Assembly: GCF_016433145.1 (NCBI RefSeq)
Contig: NC_058132.1
Location: 87,563,599 to 87,627,479 of the forward strand
DNA: 63,881 nucleotides
Direction: 5' to 3'
Source: Gracilinanus agilis
Taxonomy: Eukaryota
The notes beneath the pieces were generated by a model, which was given only the letters and a program-made list of their open reading frames with translations, did not search any database and was not told the origin of the DNA. How positions within the stretch are numbered: the stretch's first letter is position 1; each line of letters begins with the position of its first letter. A program made the position numbers and the translations under genes. This document shows positions 47,902 to 61,053 of the stretch, piece by piece.

Positions 47902-50163
47902 ATAAACAGGATTACCAATCATGATCTCAAGCAAAGTTAAAGTCAGAATAGATTTGATTAAAAGAGAGAGGGAAATTACACTACTAAAAGGTACCATAGA
48001 GAATGAATGTAGCAAATGTTATAGCATCTAGATTTTTAAAGGAAAAGCTAAATGGGTTATAGATAGAAACAGTAGGAAAAATCATAATAGTGAGGTAGTT
48101 CAACCTTCTCTCTGCAGAAAGAGATAAATCTAACCAAAAATAAATAAGAAAGAAGTCAAGGAGATGAATAGAATCTTAAACATGACATACATCTGAAGCT
48201 AACTCAATGAGAATAGAAAGGATATAAACCTTTTTCAGTGGTAGGTACAAAAAGTTACCACATATCAGGACAAGAAAACTTTACAGTTAAATGAAGAAAA
48301 GTAGAAATATTAAATGCATGCTTTTCATATTATAATTCAATAATAATTATTTAATAAGGGACCATGAAAACACAGTAAAAATTATTTGGAGACTAATGAT
48401 CATAAATAATGAATGGTTTAAACCAGTGATGGGCAAAGTTTTTAAAGACGGGGCCAAAGGAAAGGAAATGCTCATCTGTCAGTCTGTTTCTAAGGCAACT
48501 CTTTTGAAGTTCCATTGTATTGTATCCTACTCATTGTATTCGTCAGATTAGAAATAATGTCACTTGGCTGGATAGAACATTTCAGGGGGCCTCATCTGGC
48601 CTGTTGACCCTAGTGTGCCCTTCACCTGTTTAAACAATAGAAACAATGAATAACTTAATACAAGGGATTAATAAAAATGAGGCAACATATTAAAATCTAT
48701 GTGATACAGCAAATGTAGTAATTAAAGGGAAATTTATATCTTTATCTACCTATCTCAATAAAATAAGGAAAGAACAGATCAATGAATTGGGTATGCACTT
48801 AAAAAAACTCAAAAAAGAACAAATTAAAAATCCCCAATTAAACAGCAAGTTGGAAATCCTAAAACTTAAAGGAGAGCTCAATAAAATTTAAAAGGAGAAA
48901 ACCATTGAATTAATAAATAAAATTAGGAGTTTGCTTTGTGAGAAAACCAACTAAATAGGTAAATCACTGGTTAATATGATTTTTTTAAAAGAGAAGAAAA
49001 CTGAATCAATAGCATCAAAAATAAAAAAAGAGAATATATCATTAATGAAGATGAAATCAAAACAATTATTTGGAATGACCTTGATCAACAAATTTAATAA
49101 TTTAAATGAAATGGAAAAACACTTACAAAAATATAAACTGTCTAGACTAACAGAGAAGAAAATAGAATATCTCAATAAACCTATTTTAGAAAAAGAAATT
49201 GAACAGGCCATAAATGAACTACCAAGAAAAAAGCATCAGGACCACATGGATTTCCAAGTGAATTCTACCAAACATTTAAAGATCAACTAATTCCAACATT
49301 AAATAAACTATTTGGAATAATAGGTAAAGTGATTCTACCAAACTCCTTTTATGAAGCAAATATTGTGCTAATACCTAAACCAATAAAAAGGAAAAAAGAG
49401 AAAGAAAAATTATAGATCATTTCATTGAGTATGAATGTAAAAATCCTAACTAAAATACTAGCTAAAGAATATAACAGGGTATCACAAAGATTACACATGG
49501 TGACTAAACAGGATTCATACCAGATATGTACGGATGGTTTAATATAAGAAAAACTATTAACATAATCTATTATATGAATTAAAAAGTCATATCATAATAT
49601 CAGTTGAAGGAAAAAAAACTTGATGAAATAAAATACTAATTCCTATTAAAAATACTGAAAAACTTAGGCATAAATGGATTTTCCCTTAAAATGATAGGTA
49701 GTATCTACTTAAAACCATCACAAAGTATTATTTGTAATGAGGACAAGCTAGACTCTTTCCCACAAGATAAGGAGTGAAACAAGGATGCTACTTATCATCG
49801 ATATTGTTCAATATTACATTAGAAATGATAGGAAAGCAATAAGAACAAAAAGAATTTGAAGGAATCAGAATGGGCAAAAAAAGGTAATAAAATTACCCCT
49901 TTTTACAGAAAATGCTTTGGGATATGTGGAAAATCCTAGAGATTCAATTAAAAAGTTAGTTGAAGTAACTAATAATTTTAGCAAAATAGCAGCATATAAA
50001 ATGAACCCATATAAATCATGAGAATTTCTATAGATCACTACTAGAGCCCTGGAAGACAAGATAGTAAGATATAATACATTTAAAATAATCATAGAGTAAA
50101 ATACCTGAGATTTTACATGACAAAAATACCCAAGGAGCTACATAAATATAATTATAAAACATT
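47900..50163 (+). mobile_element. Old L1 ORF2 (EN to RT), decayed
   Basis: ctaaaaggtaccatagag; ORF 48976..49290 ([33 protein letters not shown]) is L1 ORF2. Confidence 0.92.
48424..48627. mobile_element. OposCharlie-like hAT MITE inside the L1
   Basis: cagtgatgggcaaa left TIR; 8-bp TSD gtttaaac at 48416-48423 and 48628-48635. Confidence 0.88.
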
Positions 50164-50171
50164 CATGAGCA

Positions 50172-50962
50172 TGTTATAGTAGTCTAATTCTAGGCTTCAA
50201 GGAACAGAAATTTAGTTACAGCCACTTCTGCTCTAATGTAGTTTATTAATAGCATACAAGCAATATGACACATACACACGTTTATACATCTACATATAGG
50301 CAGATAAAAACAAGTTCATATAAGCTTACAGACACATTTACAGGCCCGTAGAAACCAGACACTCAGCCCATGGATTAGGAATGACTTTCTAAAATTGTGT
50401 TTGCTGGTTTACCTTCATTGCACTACCTAAAATATTCTAAGAAACCAAGGAAGGTGATACAGAGGAGCCCTAACCTCTGGCTGAAACACAGAATGATTTG
50501 AAGCTATTAAATCCTTGGTGATCCCTATCTTAGTATTCCTCACTGGATATTGGGAGTTCTGCTCTCTACCATGTTCTTTTCTTCAGATTCCATCTACCTT
50601 CAGCCTTCTTACAGCTCAGGGAATGACACTCACCTGCCTTTGATTTTGGTGTTAAGCACAGATGGGGAGGCAGCTTGTAATGGAGCCAGGAAACATAAAG
50701 AGAAAATAGGGTGGACTCACATGGGTGGAGATGGACAAATAATAGTCAAATAAAAAAAGAACATATAAAAGGAGAAATGAATGTAAGGCAGATGGAGATT
50801 GACTCATAACCAGAAAGAAAAAAAGACTTTTCCATTCATTACTCCTTATAGATCCTTTTGGGAGTAGAGCTGGCAAGGCGTCTTGATCCCCAATTCCCAG
50901 GGTGCCTTAGGGATGAAATCAAATTACTGTAAACCCCAAACTACTTAGGGTAGTTGGGGACA
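50172..50962 (-). mobile_element. ERV LTR
   Basis: tgttatagt...gttggggaca; minus-strand AATAAA; paralogue at 26308. Confidence 0.6.
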
Positions 50963-52823
50963 CCTGTATGCACTATTTCTTAATGTAGTCCAAGACAACA
51001 ATAACTTTCTTGGATTCTGCCTTTCAGTTATATACTAAACCAGACTATTGGCTTATATTGAACTTATAGTTCATTAAACTCCCTGCTTCTTGTTCAGACA
51101 GACTGTTATCTACTGAACCTTCTTTCACTCTGAACTTTTGAAGCTGATTTTTTGGAAGTAAAGGATCAGAATTTACATTTATTCCAATAGTCCTCCTATG
51201 AAGTTCAGTTCAAGACAACAGTTTGTCCAGATAATTTCGGACCTGGATACATTCACTGTTTAGCCTAATGTTCTAAATTTTGTGTTATTATAATTTTTTC
51301 CAAGTTCCTGATAAAAAATGCTGAAGGAAGGCGGATTGACTACAGATCCACGGGTACTCCCTTTCAAGCATGCAGATAAGTGACTTGCCTAAAGTCAAAC
51401 AGCTATGGAAATGTCTGATTCTGGATTTGAACTTAAGTCTTCTTAATTCCAAGTCCAGCACTCTAAACCACTAAGGCATACTCACCTCTGAATAAGTGAC
51501 AAATGAGGAAACTGAGATAAATGGATTAAATGACTTGCTCAGGGTCACATAACTAGTAAGTATCTGAGGTCAAATTTCAACTCCAGTCTTCTTCACTCCA
51601 GTTATGTTGCTCTATTATTTGAACCACCTACTTTTCTATATACATACATATACAACTATATACATTATTACTTGTACCACTTACCATCGTGTGTGTATGT
51701 GATACACACACAGACACACACACACACACACACACATATATGACTTAAATGTTTCCAAAGGTCTTTAAATATGTTAATTCATTAGATCTTTACAACAATT
51801 CAGTGAAGTGAGCACTATTATGCCCACTTCAAAGATGAGGAAATAGAAGCAGAAAGAGGTTAAATGATTTGCCACAGGTTACACAAACCAGTAAGAATTT
51901 GAGTTAGGATTTGAATTTGGGTCTTCCTGAGTCTAAATCTTATTCTCTACTTCCTGCACCATTTAGTTGCCAACTTGAGAAAAAGATTTGTGGCTAGAAG
52001 GCACAGGTTTGAATCAGACATTTGTTTGATGTGCAACCCAAGAAGACATTTATCTTCACTAGACTTTAGTGTTTTCTTCTGTAAAATAAGGGGCTTGGAA
52101 TCTCTGAACTCTTAGGTCCCTTTCAGCTCCAAAATGGGAACTAGCTATGATCCCAAAATGCCATAATCATGAGAAAAACTGGAGTTTCTTTTTTTTTTTT
52201 TTATTTGTGGACCAGAATCTCTGTTTGGGGCATTTGCAATGACAGGATTAGCAGAGTGCCTTAAGGCAGAGCACTCTTAAAGATGTGGATGCACCAGCAT
52301 CCCACTGGGAAGTGCCTAGAGTCCTATTTCAGCAATTTTGTTCTTATACTTTGAAATTAAACACTAAAAAAAAGCCCAAAACTAAAGTCTCCTTTTCCAT
52401 TGAAATAAATTTGGCTTCAGATATATAATTTTGTGCCTGGGCTGTCTTTCATTTTTTTGTTCTTGTTGCCATTTTATCACCTATTTGGAAAAACTTACTG
52501 CTAAATTTTAGAGAAAAGTACAGGCTCACATAATCGCTTCTACTGATTTCAGCAAGCCACAAGTTCACAATTCACATGGCTCAAGAAAAAATATTTTCCC
52601 TGCCCATCACAAGCAGTTTTGATCTTCTCCTTGAGAATAAACAACCTTCCCTGATCTCCTTGCTATTTTTTCCAGACTCTATTCTGCTCATTATTTGTAG
52701 TAGGATTGGACTATTGAATTATATGAAAATAGTAAGCAACTTGGATTTCTATCTCTTTTTTAGGAAAATGTCAGGTTTTAGGTTTCCCCTTATCCATCCA
52801 GATCCTCTTCCAATAGTCAGATG

Positions 52824-53774
52824 TCATTGTGTACTCTTTGGAGAAAACAGGAGGAGAATCTTATCACGAATTTGCTTTGTCTTTACTCCATAGACAATGG
52901 GATTAAGAGCTGGAGGAATGGCAACATAAAAGTTGGCAAATAGGATGAGGACATGACGTGGGACATCATGTCCAAAGCGATGAGCAAGGATTGAGAAGAA
53001 GGCAGGGGTATAGAACATGAGGATGACACAGACATGAGATCCACAAGTTCCAAGAGCCTTCTGGCGGGCACCTCGAGAAGGGAGGCGGAAGACAGCACTC
53101 AGGATAATGGTGTAAGAGACAGCAATGAGGACAATGTCAGAGATTACGGTCATAAGTGGCACAGCAAAACCATACCAAATATTGATGGAGATGTCAGCGC
53201 AGGAGAGTCGGGCTACACCTATGTGTTCACAGTATGTATGGGGGATGACGCGTGTCCGGCAGAAGGGCAGGCGTTTGAGCAAGAAAACATCTGGCAAGAT
53301 GACACAGAAGCTCCTGATGATGATTCCCACCACAATCTTGGTGATGACCTGGTGGGTCAGAATGGTGGTGTATCTCAGTGGAGAGCAGATGGCCACATAG
53401 CGGTCATAAGCCATAGCCAAGAGTATTGCAGAATCTACAACAAAGCTGAAATGGAGGAAGAACATCTGGGTGAGGCAGCCTGAGAAGGTGATTTTCTTGT
53501 CACCAAACCAGAGATTACTGAGTAATTTGGGCATTGTCGTAGTTGACAGAATGAGGTCAGTTTTGGCCAGCATGGACAGGAAAAAGAACATGGGCTCATG
53601 GAGGCTGTGCTCCACAGCAATGAGGTACAGCAGGACACAGTTACCCACAATGGCCACAAGATAGATAGCACAGAAGGGAATCGCAATCCAGATGTGGAAC
53701 TTCTCAAGCCCTGGGATCCCCACTAAGATAAAGAAGCTGGGGTTATAGCTGCTCAGGTTGAACGTGGCCATCAT
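52824..53774 (-). CDS. OR52H1: Olfactory receptor, class I, OR52H1-like, 316 aa from MMATFNL, intact
   Basis: FNLSSYNP, PDVFLL, KALGTCGSHVCVILMFYTPAFFSILAHRFGH match the OR52H subfamily; the ORF-track start is TTG in the intron; acceptor ttctcttcAG at 53802-53803. Confidence 0.9.
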   Translation of the reverse strand: MMATFNLSSYNPSFFILVGIPGLEKFHIWIAIPFCAIYLVAIVGNCVLLYLIAVEHSLHEPMFFFLSMLAKTDLILSTTTMPKLLSNLWFGDKKITFSGCLTQMFFLHFSFVVDSAILLAMAYDRYVAICSPLRYTTILTHQVITKIVVGIIIRSFCVILPDVFLLKRLPFCRTRVIPHTYCEHIGVARLSCADISINIWYGFAVPLMTVISDIVLIAVSYTIILSAVFRLPSRGARQKALGTCGSHVCVILMFYTPAFFSILAHRFGHDVPRHVLILFANFYVAIPPALNPIVYGVKTKQIRDKILLLFSPKSTQ

Positions 53775-55226
53775 GACTTCAGAGAAGGTGATCCTTGGAC
53801 ACTGAAGAGAAACCAAATACCAGAATTAACTGCCAGAGTTGATGGGAGCCCTGTAGAATATGCCAGTGTCAGGTTTTTTCTGTGTGCTTAGAGGGCTCTT
53901 CTACAATGCAAAGAATTCTGTAAAAGGGTTGTACATTGAAGATCTGAAAACTCATTGCCAAAATGGGCACTTTGCAGGAGGAGTGGAATAACTGGGGAGG
54001 GTATTTTGTGTCCCAGCAGAGGAAAAGTGTGCCAAATCGAGTAATGGGAGTCAATTATAAATGCATACAAGTATAATTTTTAAGTGCTATTCACAGACAT
54101 CTGTACATATGTGTATATATAACATATATAAAGTGCTATCCACATGCATATATACATATGCGTATCAACGTCTATATATTACATACATATAAAATGTTAT
54201 TCACCTATAAATATATATGCATATATAGGTGAATATAATGTGCTTTTCCTATAGTTTAAGCTCTACAAACTGCTTCCCTGGTAATAACTTCGTGAGGTAT
54301 GATCCCATTTTAAAGATGAGAAACTTGGATTGAGAAAAATTACATAATTAACATGTAGTGACAACACTGATCATTTTAATCTCATGACCACAAGTCCAGC
54401 ACTCTTTATGTAAAAAAGCAGATGCAGCTGTAGCTTGCCACATTCAACCTACAGCATGCCTTTAGCAGTGCCACCTAGGATGATCTCTGGCCTTAGAATA
54501 AGCTAAAAATTCTAACCCCCAGACACATAGGATCATGAATCTATAAGTAGAAGGGACATCAGAATCTCTCTAGACAATTTTCCTCATTTTACAGATAAAA
54601 ATATTTATGCAATATATTTATTAATATGATATTATAATATAAACATATGAATTCTACAAATAGATTAATGATAGCTATATAAACATATAATATACTCTGA
54701 ATCTGCTCTCTGATTCTCTGACAAGTGGGAGAAGCCTCTACACCTTAGGTTGTCTTGTTCATTTTCTTGCCTCCAGGTGGATTGTATCATACACAAATCT
54801 GAAACCACATGGTTTAATGATATTTATGGACATATAGTATCTCCCTAATCCACTAGCACCCCCATTCCTCTGCTCACAACCTCGATTTAGCTTACCATGC
54901 TCCAGCTCCAGTTATCCTACTTGTAGGAAAGGGAAATCTGTATTTGACAGGGAACTCATCTGAAAATTCAGTGAATGCCCTTGTAAGAAACAAGATAAGA
55001 CTTTTTATTCTTCTCCTTGGAGTCCCAGGAGGGCAAGCTCCAAGCCTGCAAATCCCTGAGTACTTAGTTCAATGTGTTCCTCCAGGATATGACAAATAAT
55101 CAACCAGATTAACTCTTTGCCTGTCTGAGAATAGGTAATGTATTCAGGGCATAAAATGGTTCCAGAAACATTGAAAGACAATGATTCCTAGGTTCCTCAA
55201 CCAATTTTTGACAGTCTTCAAATTCC

Positions 55227-55380
55227 NNNNNNNNNNNNNNNNNNNNNNNNNNNNNNNNNNNNNNNNNNNNNNNNNNNNNNNNNNNNNNNNNNNNNNNNNN
55301 NNNNNNNNNNNNNNNNNNNNNNNNNNNNNNNNNNNNNNNNNNNNNNNNNNNNNNNNNNNNNNNNNNNNNNNNNNNNNNNN
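55227..55380. other. Assembly gap (154 N)
   Basis: N run. Confidence 1.
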
Positions 55381-55637
55381 GACCCACTACTTCCTCATCT
55401 ATCCATGCTAAAGTCTAGGACAGGGGAGTTGTTAATCCTATGGAGATGAACCAGTTTGATGAAGCTTTTTTTTCCCCCTTGAAACTGCCTAAGTGTCTGG
55501 TTTAGGCCCACTATGAGCAAGTTCATTGGACAAATCTAAACTCTGAAGAATTTTTCATAAGAGGAATTGTAGTACAGACAGGAGAGAAGTAGCTTAGACA
55601 AAAGAAGTGGCAAAGGTTTTTGTTCAAGTGATACACA

Positions 55638-55638
<1 letters not shown>

Positions 55639-55684
<46 letters not shown>
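55639..55684. repeat. (CA)n microsatellite
   Basis: Direct inspection. Confidence 0.95.
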
Positions 55685-55690
<6 letters not shown>

Positions 55691-55949
55691 CTCAGTGTCC
55701 AAGTATATATGAAGACATTCAGGTATAACTCTAAATTCAGGACAACCTCCATGCTATCCTTCATTTTCCCCTGATTTCTCCTTTCCCATATTTTTCCAGC
55801 AGCAATAAGTTGCAACCTTATTATGGTGCAGTCAGCTTCTGAGAGATGATTTGTATTCATCAATAGATCAAAAAATCTCTGGAATCTAGGGTCATGGAGA
55901 CATAAATAAGTTTCCCAAAGAAGTGAAGAAAATGTCTTCTCATAGATCT

Positions 55950-56170
55950 TCTTCTGTACTATGTTTACTCTGTAATTTTGAAATATTCATTTTCAACTAG
56001 TTTGTGATTATTCTTCACCTTTACATTGTTGGAGTCTTTGTGTATATTGTTTTCTTTAACAAAGCAGTAGGTTCTATTGGCTTCCCTTTGTATCAGTTCA
56101 TGTAAGTCCTTCCATGCTTCTTTGTTTATCATATCTTTGATTTCTTAGTGAATAATATCATGTATAAGGC
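55950..56170 (-). mobile_element. Old L1 3' fragment
   Basis: tgtatcagttcatgtaagtccttccatg is antisense L1 ORF2 end. Confidence 0.65.
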
Positions 56171-56200
56171 AAAAGTAGTTTATTTTTTGTTCTCTCTCTC

Positions 56201-56402
56201 TTTTTTAAAAGAACCCTTACCATCGATCTTAGAATCAATACTGTGTATTGGCTCCAAGGCAGAGGATGGTGAGGGCTAGGCAATGGGGGTTAAGTGACTT
56301 GCCCAGGGTCACACAGCTGGGAAGTGTCTGAGGTCAAATTTGAACCCAGGACCTTCAATTTCCAGGCCTGGCTCTCAATCCAATGAGCCCCCCAGCTGCC
56401 CC
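56201..56402 (-). mobile_element. Older SINE1_Mdo-family SINE
   Basis: cttagaatcaatactgtgtattggctccaaggcag...cccagctgcccc. Confidence 0.9.
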
Positions 56403-56793
56403 AAGGCAGAAGTAGTTTAAAGACTAAAAATAAAATTTTCTCAGAAGGGCTAGAGGGATATGAAAGGAGACATAACTCTATACTGGGATATTCTGAAAAT
56501 ATATGGGTTTCATTGTTGATAGTTCTTACCTGTAGTATCCTGGAGGTTATGCATGAGTCTCTGTGAGGCTGCGACAATGGGGAACATACCATTTGATGGT
56601 GTTATTATTGACATAATCATATGGAGAAGTCAATATACCCATGTCACTCAGACAGAGCCAAGAAATGCATACCTTAACTTTTATACAAAAGAATTTATAT
56701 CTTATCTCAACATTAGAGATGAACTGGACCAGAAAAATTGGGAGCATAGTGAAGTCTAGAGCCTCTTAGGGATCCATATGGATAGTATGAGTC

Positions 56794-56983
56794 AACTGTC
56801 CTCAACCTTTTTGGCCATGAGAGCCAAACGCCTGGGGTAGGAGGAGGATGGAGGTAGAAGGTGCTCGAATATGGGGCAGGGGCTGAAGGGCCCCCCTGGG
56901 GCACATTTTGGGGCTCTGCCCGGACTGGCCGGTTGGGAGGTGGAGCCAGATATGGCTCGAGAGCCATGTGTTGCCGACCCCTG
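56794..56983. mobile_element. hAT MITE with GC-rich interior
   Basis: Right end gagccagatatggctcgagagccatgtgttgccgacccctg; left end degenerate, caacctttttggccatgagagcca; 7/8 TSD tatgagtc and gatgagtc. Confidence 0.8.
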
Positions 56984-57677
56984 GATGAGTCTTAGGAGAA
57001 AAGATCATTTTTCCCCTCTGAAGAAAGCAGCCTTGTCTTATCTATCAGACAAAGATAGTTTAGATTAGGAAGCTAGATTCTATTCAGTAACATTGCACTA
57101 GTTTTTTCTTGGGGGTTCTGAAAATATTTTAAATTTTCTCCTTCTCATTTTACTATTTGAATTCCTATCCAACCTTTGTCTGTAGTTTGGGTTTGAAAAT
57201 GGAATAAAAAATGATGGTGATCCAAGAATGCTACCCAGGTATCAGTGATGGCTTTGAAGCATGGTCTAGGGAGAGTCACTACTAGCACAGATCAGAAGAG
57301 AGTCTGAATCAAATGCTTTGGGCACTGGTTCAATCTAGCTAGTCTATTCAAAACTATTCTGTGGATCCCTCAACTAGCCATAGAACTCTGTAATATCCTG
57401 AACTGACAGTTTCCAAAGAGAAGACACATCTATTCTGGCCAGAACCTAGCAGTGAAAGACGCTTGCATACAACATTTTGACCCTCAGACAAGGTAAACAA
57501 ACCACTTTGTACAGCCTTAAAAAAATTAAAAGTCCCAAAAAAGGACATTTTTATGAGTTGTGCTGAAAAGCAACTAGACAAAATAATTATCAGCAGAGCC
57601 AAAAAGCTACTTGATGCTGAATAAAGGGGGGAACCAAATGTGAATGACTATTTTATCCTCTGTAGGAATTACATTCC

Positions 57678-57861
57678 TTTTTTTTTAACCCTTAAGTTCT
57701 GTGTATTGGCTCCTAGGTAGAAGAGTGGTAAGGGTGGGCAATGGGGGTCAAGTGACTTGCCCAGGGTCACACAGCTGGGAAGTGTCTGAGGCCAGATTTG
57801 AACCTAGGACCTCCCGTCTCTAGGCCTGGCTCTCAATGCACTGAGCTACCCAGATGCCCCC
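57678..57861 (-). mobile_element. Young SINE1_Mdo, full length
   Basis: TSD tacattcctttttt at 57670 and 57862. Confidence 0.95.
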
Positions 57862-58874
57862 TACATTCCTTTTTTTAACTAAGGAAGTTAAAATGTTTTT
57901 TCTCACATGAGATGGGGAATCTGCCTAGAAGCTGAAAAAACCCTCTTTGATCTCTCTCTATGTTCTGATTTGAAAACACACAAACAAATGAAGAGAATTT
58001 TTATCCTGCTTGGTAAATCAAGGACAAGTACAACATGAAATCAAAAGACTTTCTCTTGTTGGGAAGTCCTTTTAAAAGGGTATTAATGTGAAAGATACAC
58101 ACATAGAGATACATTCTTCTGGCTGATTATCCTCAATGCCCAGATAATAACTGATTCTCTAACATTTACACAAATGTATTTATACATTCTAAAAAGTAGA
58201 TAACTATCAAAGGTCCTAGATGCTACTTTCCAATAGTGTTTGGAAAAGGTGCAAAATGATAGTTGAGGGTGACACAAACAACTGAAGCAAGTGATGTTGA
58301 ATGCAACTTGGAAATATGAATACAGGATTGAATTGAAGGCTGTGTGATACAAGGAAAAGTCATTTTAGAGTCAAAGGACAAGGACCAAGGACATGGGATT
58401 AAATCCTGCCCATATGACTTCTCTCTCTGTCTTGGTTTCTTGATCTATGATTGGATTAGACTTGAGAACCTCTATGATTCCTTCCAATTTTAAATGTATG
58501 AGCCTATGAGTTTAAGGAGGGACTAAAACTGTAAACATAGACGTATATATAAAGATCAGAGAAATGCTGATTGTAGATAAATGAGATTAATGTTCAAATT
58601 CATTCATCTGGAAATTAAAACCCTCCATATTCTGCCTCCCATTTTCCTTTCTAGCTCTAGCAGACAACATTTTTCTTACAATCTGCTTTTCAGGCACTGA
58701 AACCTATATGACCTTCGGCAAGTAGGTGGTGCAGGTATTTGAACTTTCTGGCCTTAGTTTGCTGTCCTGTAAAGTTGAGTTGATTTTTAAATTAATGATA
58801 TTTCCCATTCTAAATGCAGCAATCTTAATTTCAGGATCATAGATCAAGAATTTTGAATTTGAAATTATACTATA

Positions 58875-59085
58875 GGGGCAGCTAGGTGATTTAGTGGCTA
58901 GAGAGTCAGGTCTGGAGATGGGAGGTCCTGTCTTCAAATCTGGAACCAGATACTTCTTAGCTGTGTGACTCTTGGCAAATCATTTAATCCCCATTTCTTA
59001 GCCCTTACCACTCTTCTGCCTTGGATGCAATTCAGTGTATTGATCAAAGACAGGAGGTAAGGTTGTTTTTTTTTAAAAAAGAAAG
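58875..59085 (+). mobile_element. Older SINE1_Mdo-family SINE
   Basis: ggggcagctaggtg...gcccttaccactcttctgccttgg...aggtaagg plus A-rich tail. Confidence 0.88.
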
Positions 59086-59989
59086 AAAGAAAGACAATAA
59101 GGAAAGGAAGAAAGAAATCCTTGTAAAAAAACCCACAACTCTAATTAATGGGATTGACTCAAAACTCGAATTGAGATATATTGAGATATTCAGTCCTGGC
59201 AAAGTGGGAATTGGTTTGCTTGAATACATGTTTGTTACAGATTTTTATTTTCTTTTCCTAAACACTTAGTTGTTATTTTTGTGATTACTCCTTTGACCCT
59301 GAACACCCCAATGTTTGTGCAAAAAAAATACAGTTGATGCAAAATAGCAGGTTTTAGAAATAAGTTTTTAGTTGATATTTCTGTTTTTTTTTTGTACCAC
59401 CATAGTTTCTCATATGTTTTTTCCCTTCCCTTCTTACAGTAAGCCATCTCATAAGACAAAAATAGTATATATATTTTTAGAAGGAGGAAAAAAAGTTAGG
59501 ACAAGTACTCAATTAGTTTTTCTTTCTCAGTAGTAGTGTAGGGAAGGAGAAAAGATAGATTTTCATTTATTGGGAAAACATTTAGTTAAAAATTGTGCAA
59601 ATTGTAAAGTATCAGTGAAAATAGGTGAATATTGCTCCAATTTTTAGTGAAAGGGAAAGGGGTAGAATCTTCAAATTATGGACTTTTATTATAATTCCTG
59701 ACAGAATTCTGCAGTGAATTATTAAAGAGGTAGTTTGTAAGGATATAAAAGAATATCAAGGATACTCACAAGCCAGGATGGCCTCATCTTTAAGTCAATG
59801 CTGACTTAATTCTCTTTAATGACTAAGTCAGTAGTCTACTAGATTTTGGGAATAACTTAATCAATTCACAAGCATTCATTAAATGTCTATTATGTACAGG
59901 TACTTGACTGAATCCTGTTAATACAATATATACACTTTGATGTATATAAAATATATACAAAATGAATTCAAAAGCAAACTGCATAGATT

Positions 59990-60275
59990 TTTTGATCCCA
60001 TTGTATCATTATTAGGCCTCTATTCCTAAAAATTCCAAAAGGAAAAAAAGATTTATATATGAAAAAATTATATAAAATAGTCTTTTCCATAGTGAACAAA
60101 AATTGGCTTTCAAACTATTGTCTAAACAAATTGTGCTAAATGATTATAATGAAATATTATTGTACCATGAGATGTTACAAAATGGACAGTTTCAGAGAAA
60201 ACTGGAAAGACATCTACGAATTGATGCAATATGAATTGAGCAGAAATAGGAGGATAATTTGTGCACTAAGAACAT
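59990..60275 (+). mobile_element. Old L1 3' ORF2 fragment
   Basis: gaaatattattgtaccatgag...gagaaaactggaaagacatctacgaattgatgc. Confidence 0.7.
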
Positions 60276-60379
60276 CATAGAAGGAAGAGCCCAAGTCTTT
60301 ATCCAACATTGCACAGAATTCAAAAATTCAACCTTTATTAAGTGTTTACAATAGTCAGAAAACATTGTGCTAGGAATTG

Positions 60380-60720
60380 GTGAAAAGTCCAACTTTAGCT
60401 AGCTAACATAGCATCTTTCCCCTCATAGAGGTTATCTTCTGTTAAGTGGTATAATGCAGACATATAAATGACTGTATTACAAAATAATTCAGAAGAATTT
60501 CATTAATTCTATCCCCCAATGGGCTATATGAGGATCAAAGGAATGGGAAAGCCAAGGTTTTTACCAAGAGGTGATATCAGGACAGACTTCCTGGAAGAGG
60601 TTATATTTGAGTTGGTCTTTAAATGATAGATAAGGAGAATGTAACGGATAAAGATTAGACATTCCAAGACATCAAAGTAACAGGCAGCAGCATGAGAAAA
60701 GACAAAGCAACAAGAAATGG
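60380..60720 (-). mobile_element. L2 fragment
   Basis: cccctcatagaggtta...aagacttcctggaagagg...tgagttggtcttt. Confidence 0.6.
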
Positions 60721-61053
60721 CAGAGTATATCTGAAGACGAAAAGTAGTAAAATATTGTTGCATTTTTAAAAGAATTCTTTGCTTCACCAATGGATACATG
60801 ATAGGACTCATTTTAAATAGTGGGTTACATGTATATTTGCAAATATTAATAATAATCCCATACAGTGGTTTAGGACAACAACCTCATAAGAAAAAGATTT
60901 CAAATCAAAATTTTGATTTCATTCTATTTTCCAATCAGATATTCATCTTAAGAAGAGAAAATCAAAATTTTAAAAATCAAACAAAATCTTGTTCAACATC
61001 CACCATTATTCAAGACAAAACCAAAATTCTACCCACCATGATTCCAGTCTCCT

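Larger units (their letters stand above)
50165..54225. repeat. Segmental duplicon, copy B
   Basis: Collinear with 26300-29680; extra ~0.7 kb of MIR-containing sequence at 51750-52560. Confidence 0.92.

Noticed and set aside
48951-49290. 100-aa lysine-rich ORFs here and at 1099-1913
   Set aside because: Fragments of L1 ORF2, not host genes.
53034-53483. Long antisense or alternate-frame ORFs over OR genes (also 7711-8154, 24850-25194, 36498-36755, 61140-61975)
   Set aside because: Predictable shadows of OR codon usage; the same shadow peptides recur at each paralogue and have no independent gene signals.
56713-56967. Proline-rich minus ORF with PSAP and PYLAPPP, resembling a retroviral Gag late domain
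   Set aside because: The ORF begins inside a hAT TIR and spans the MITE and its TSD; there is no flanking gag, LTR or pol context.
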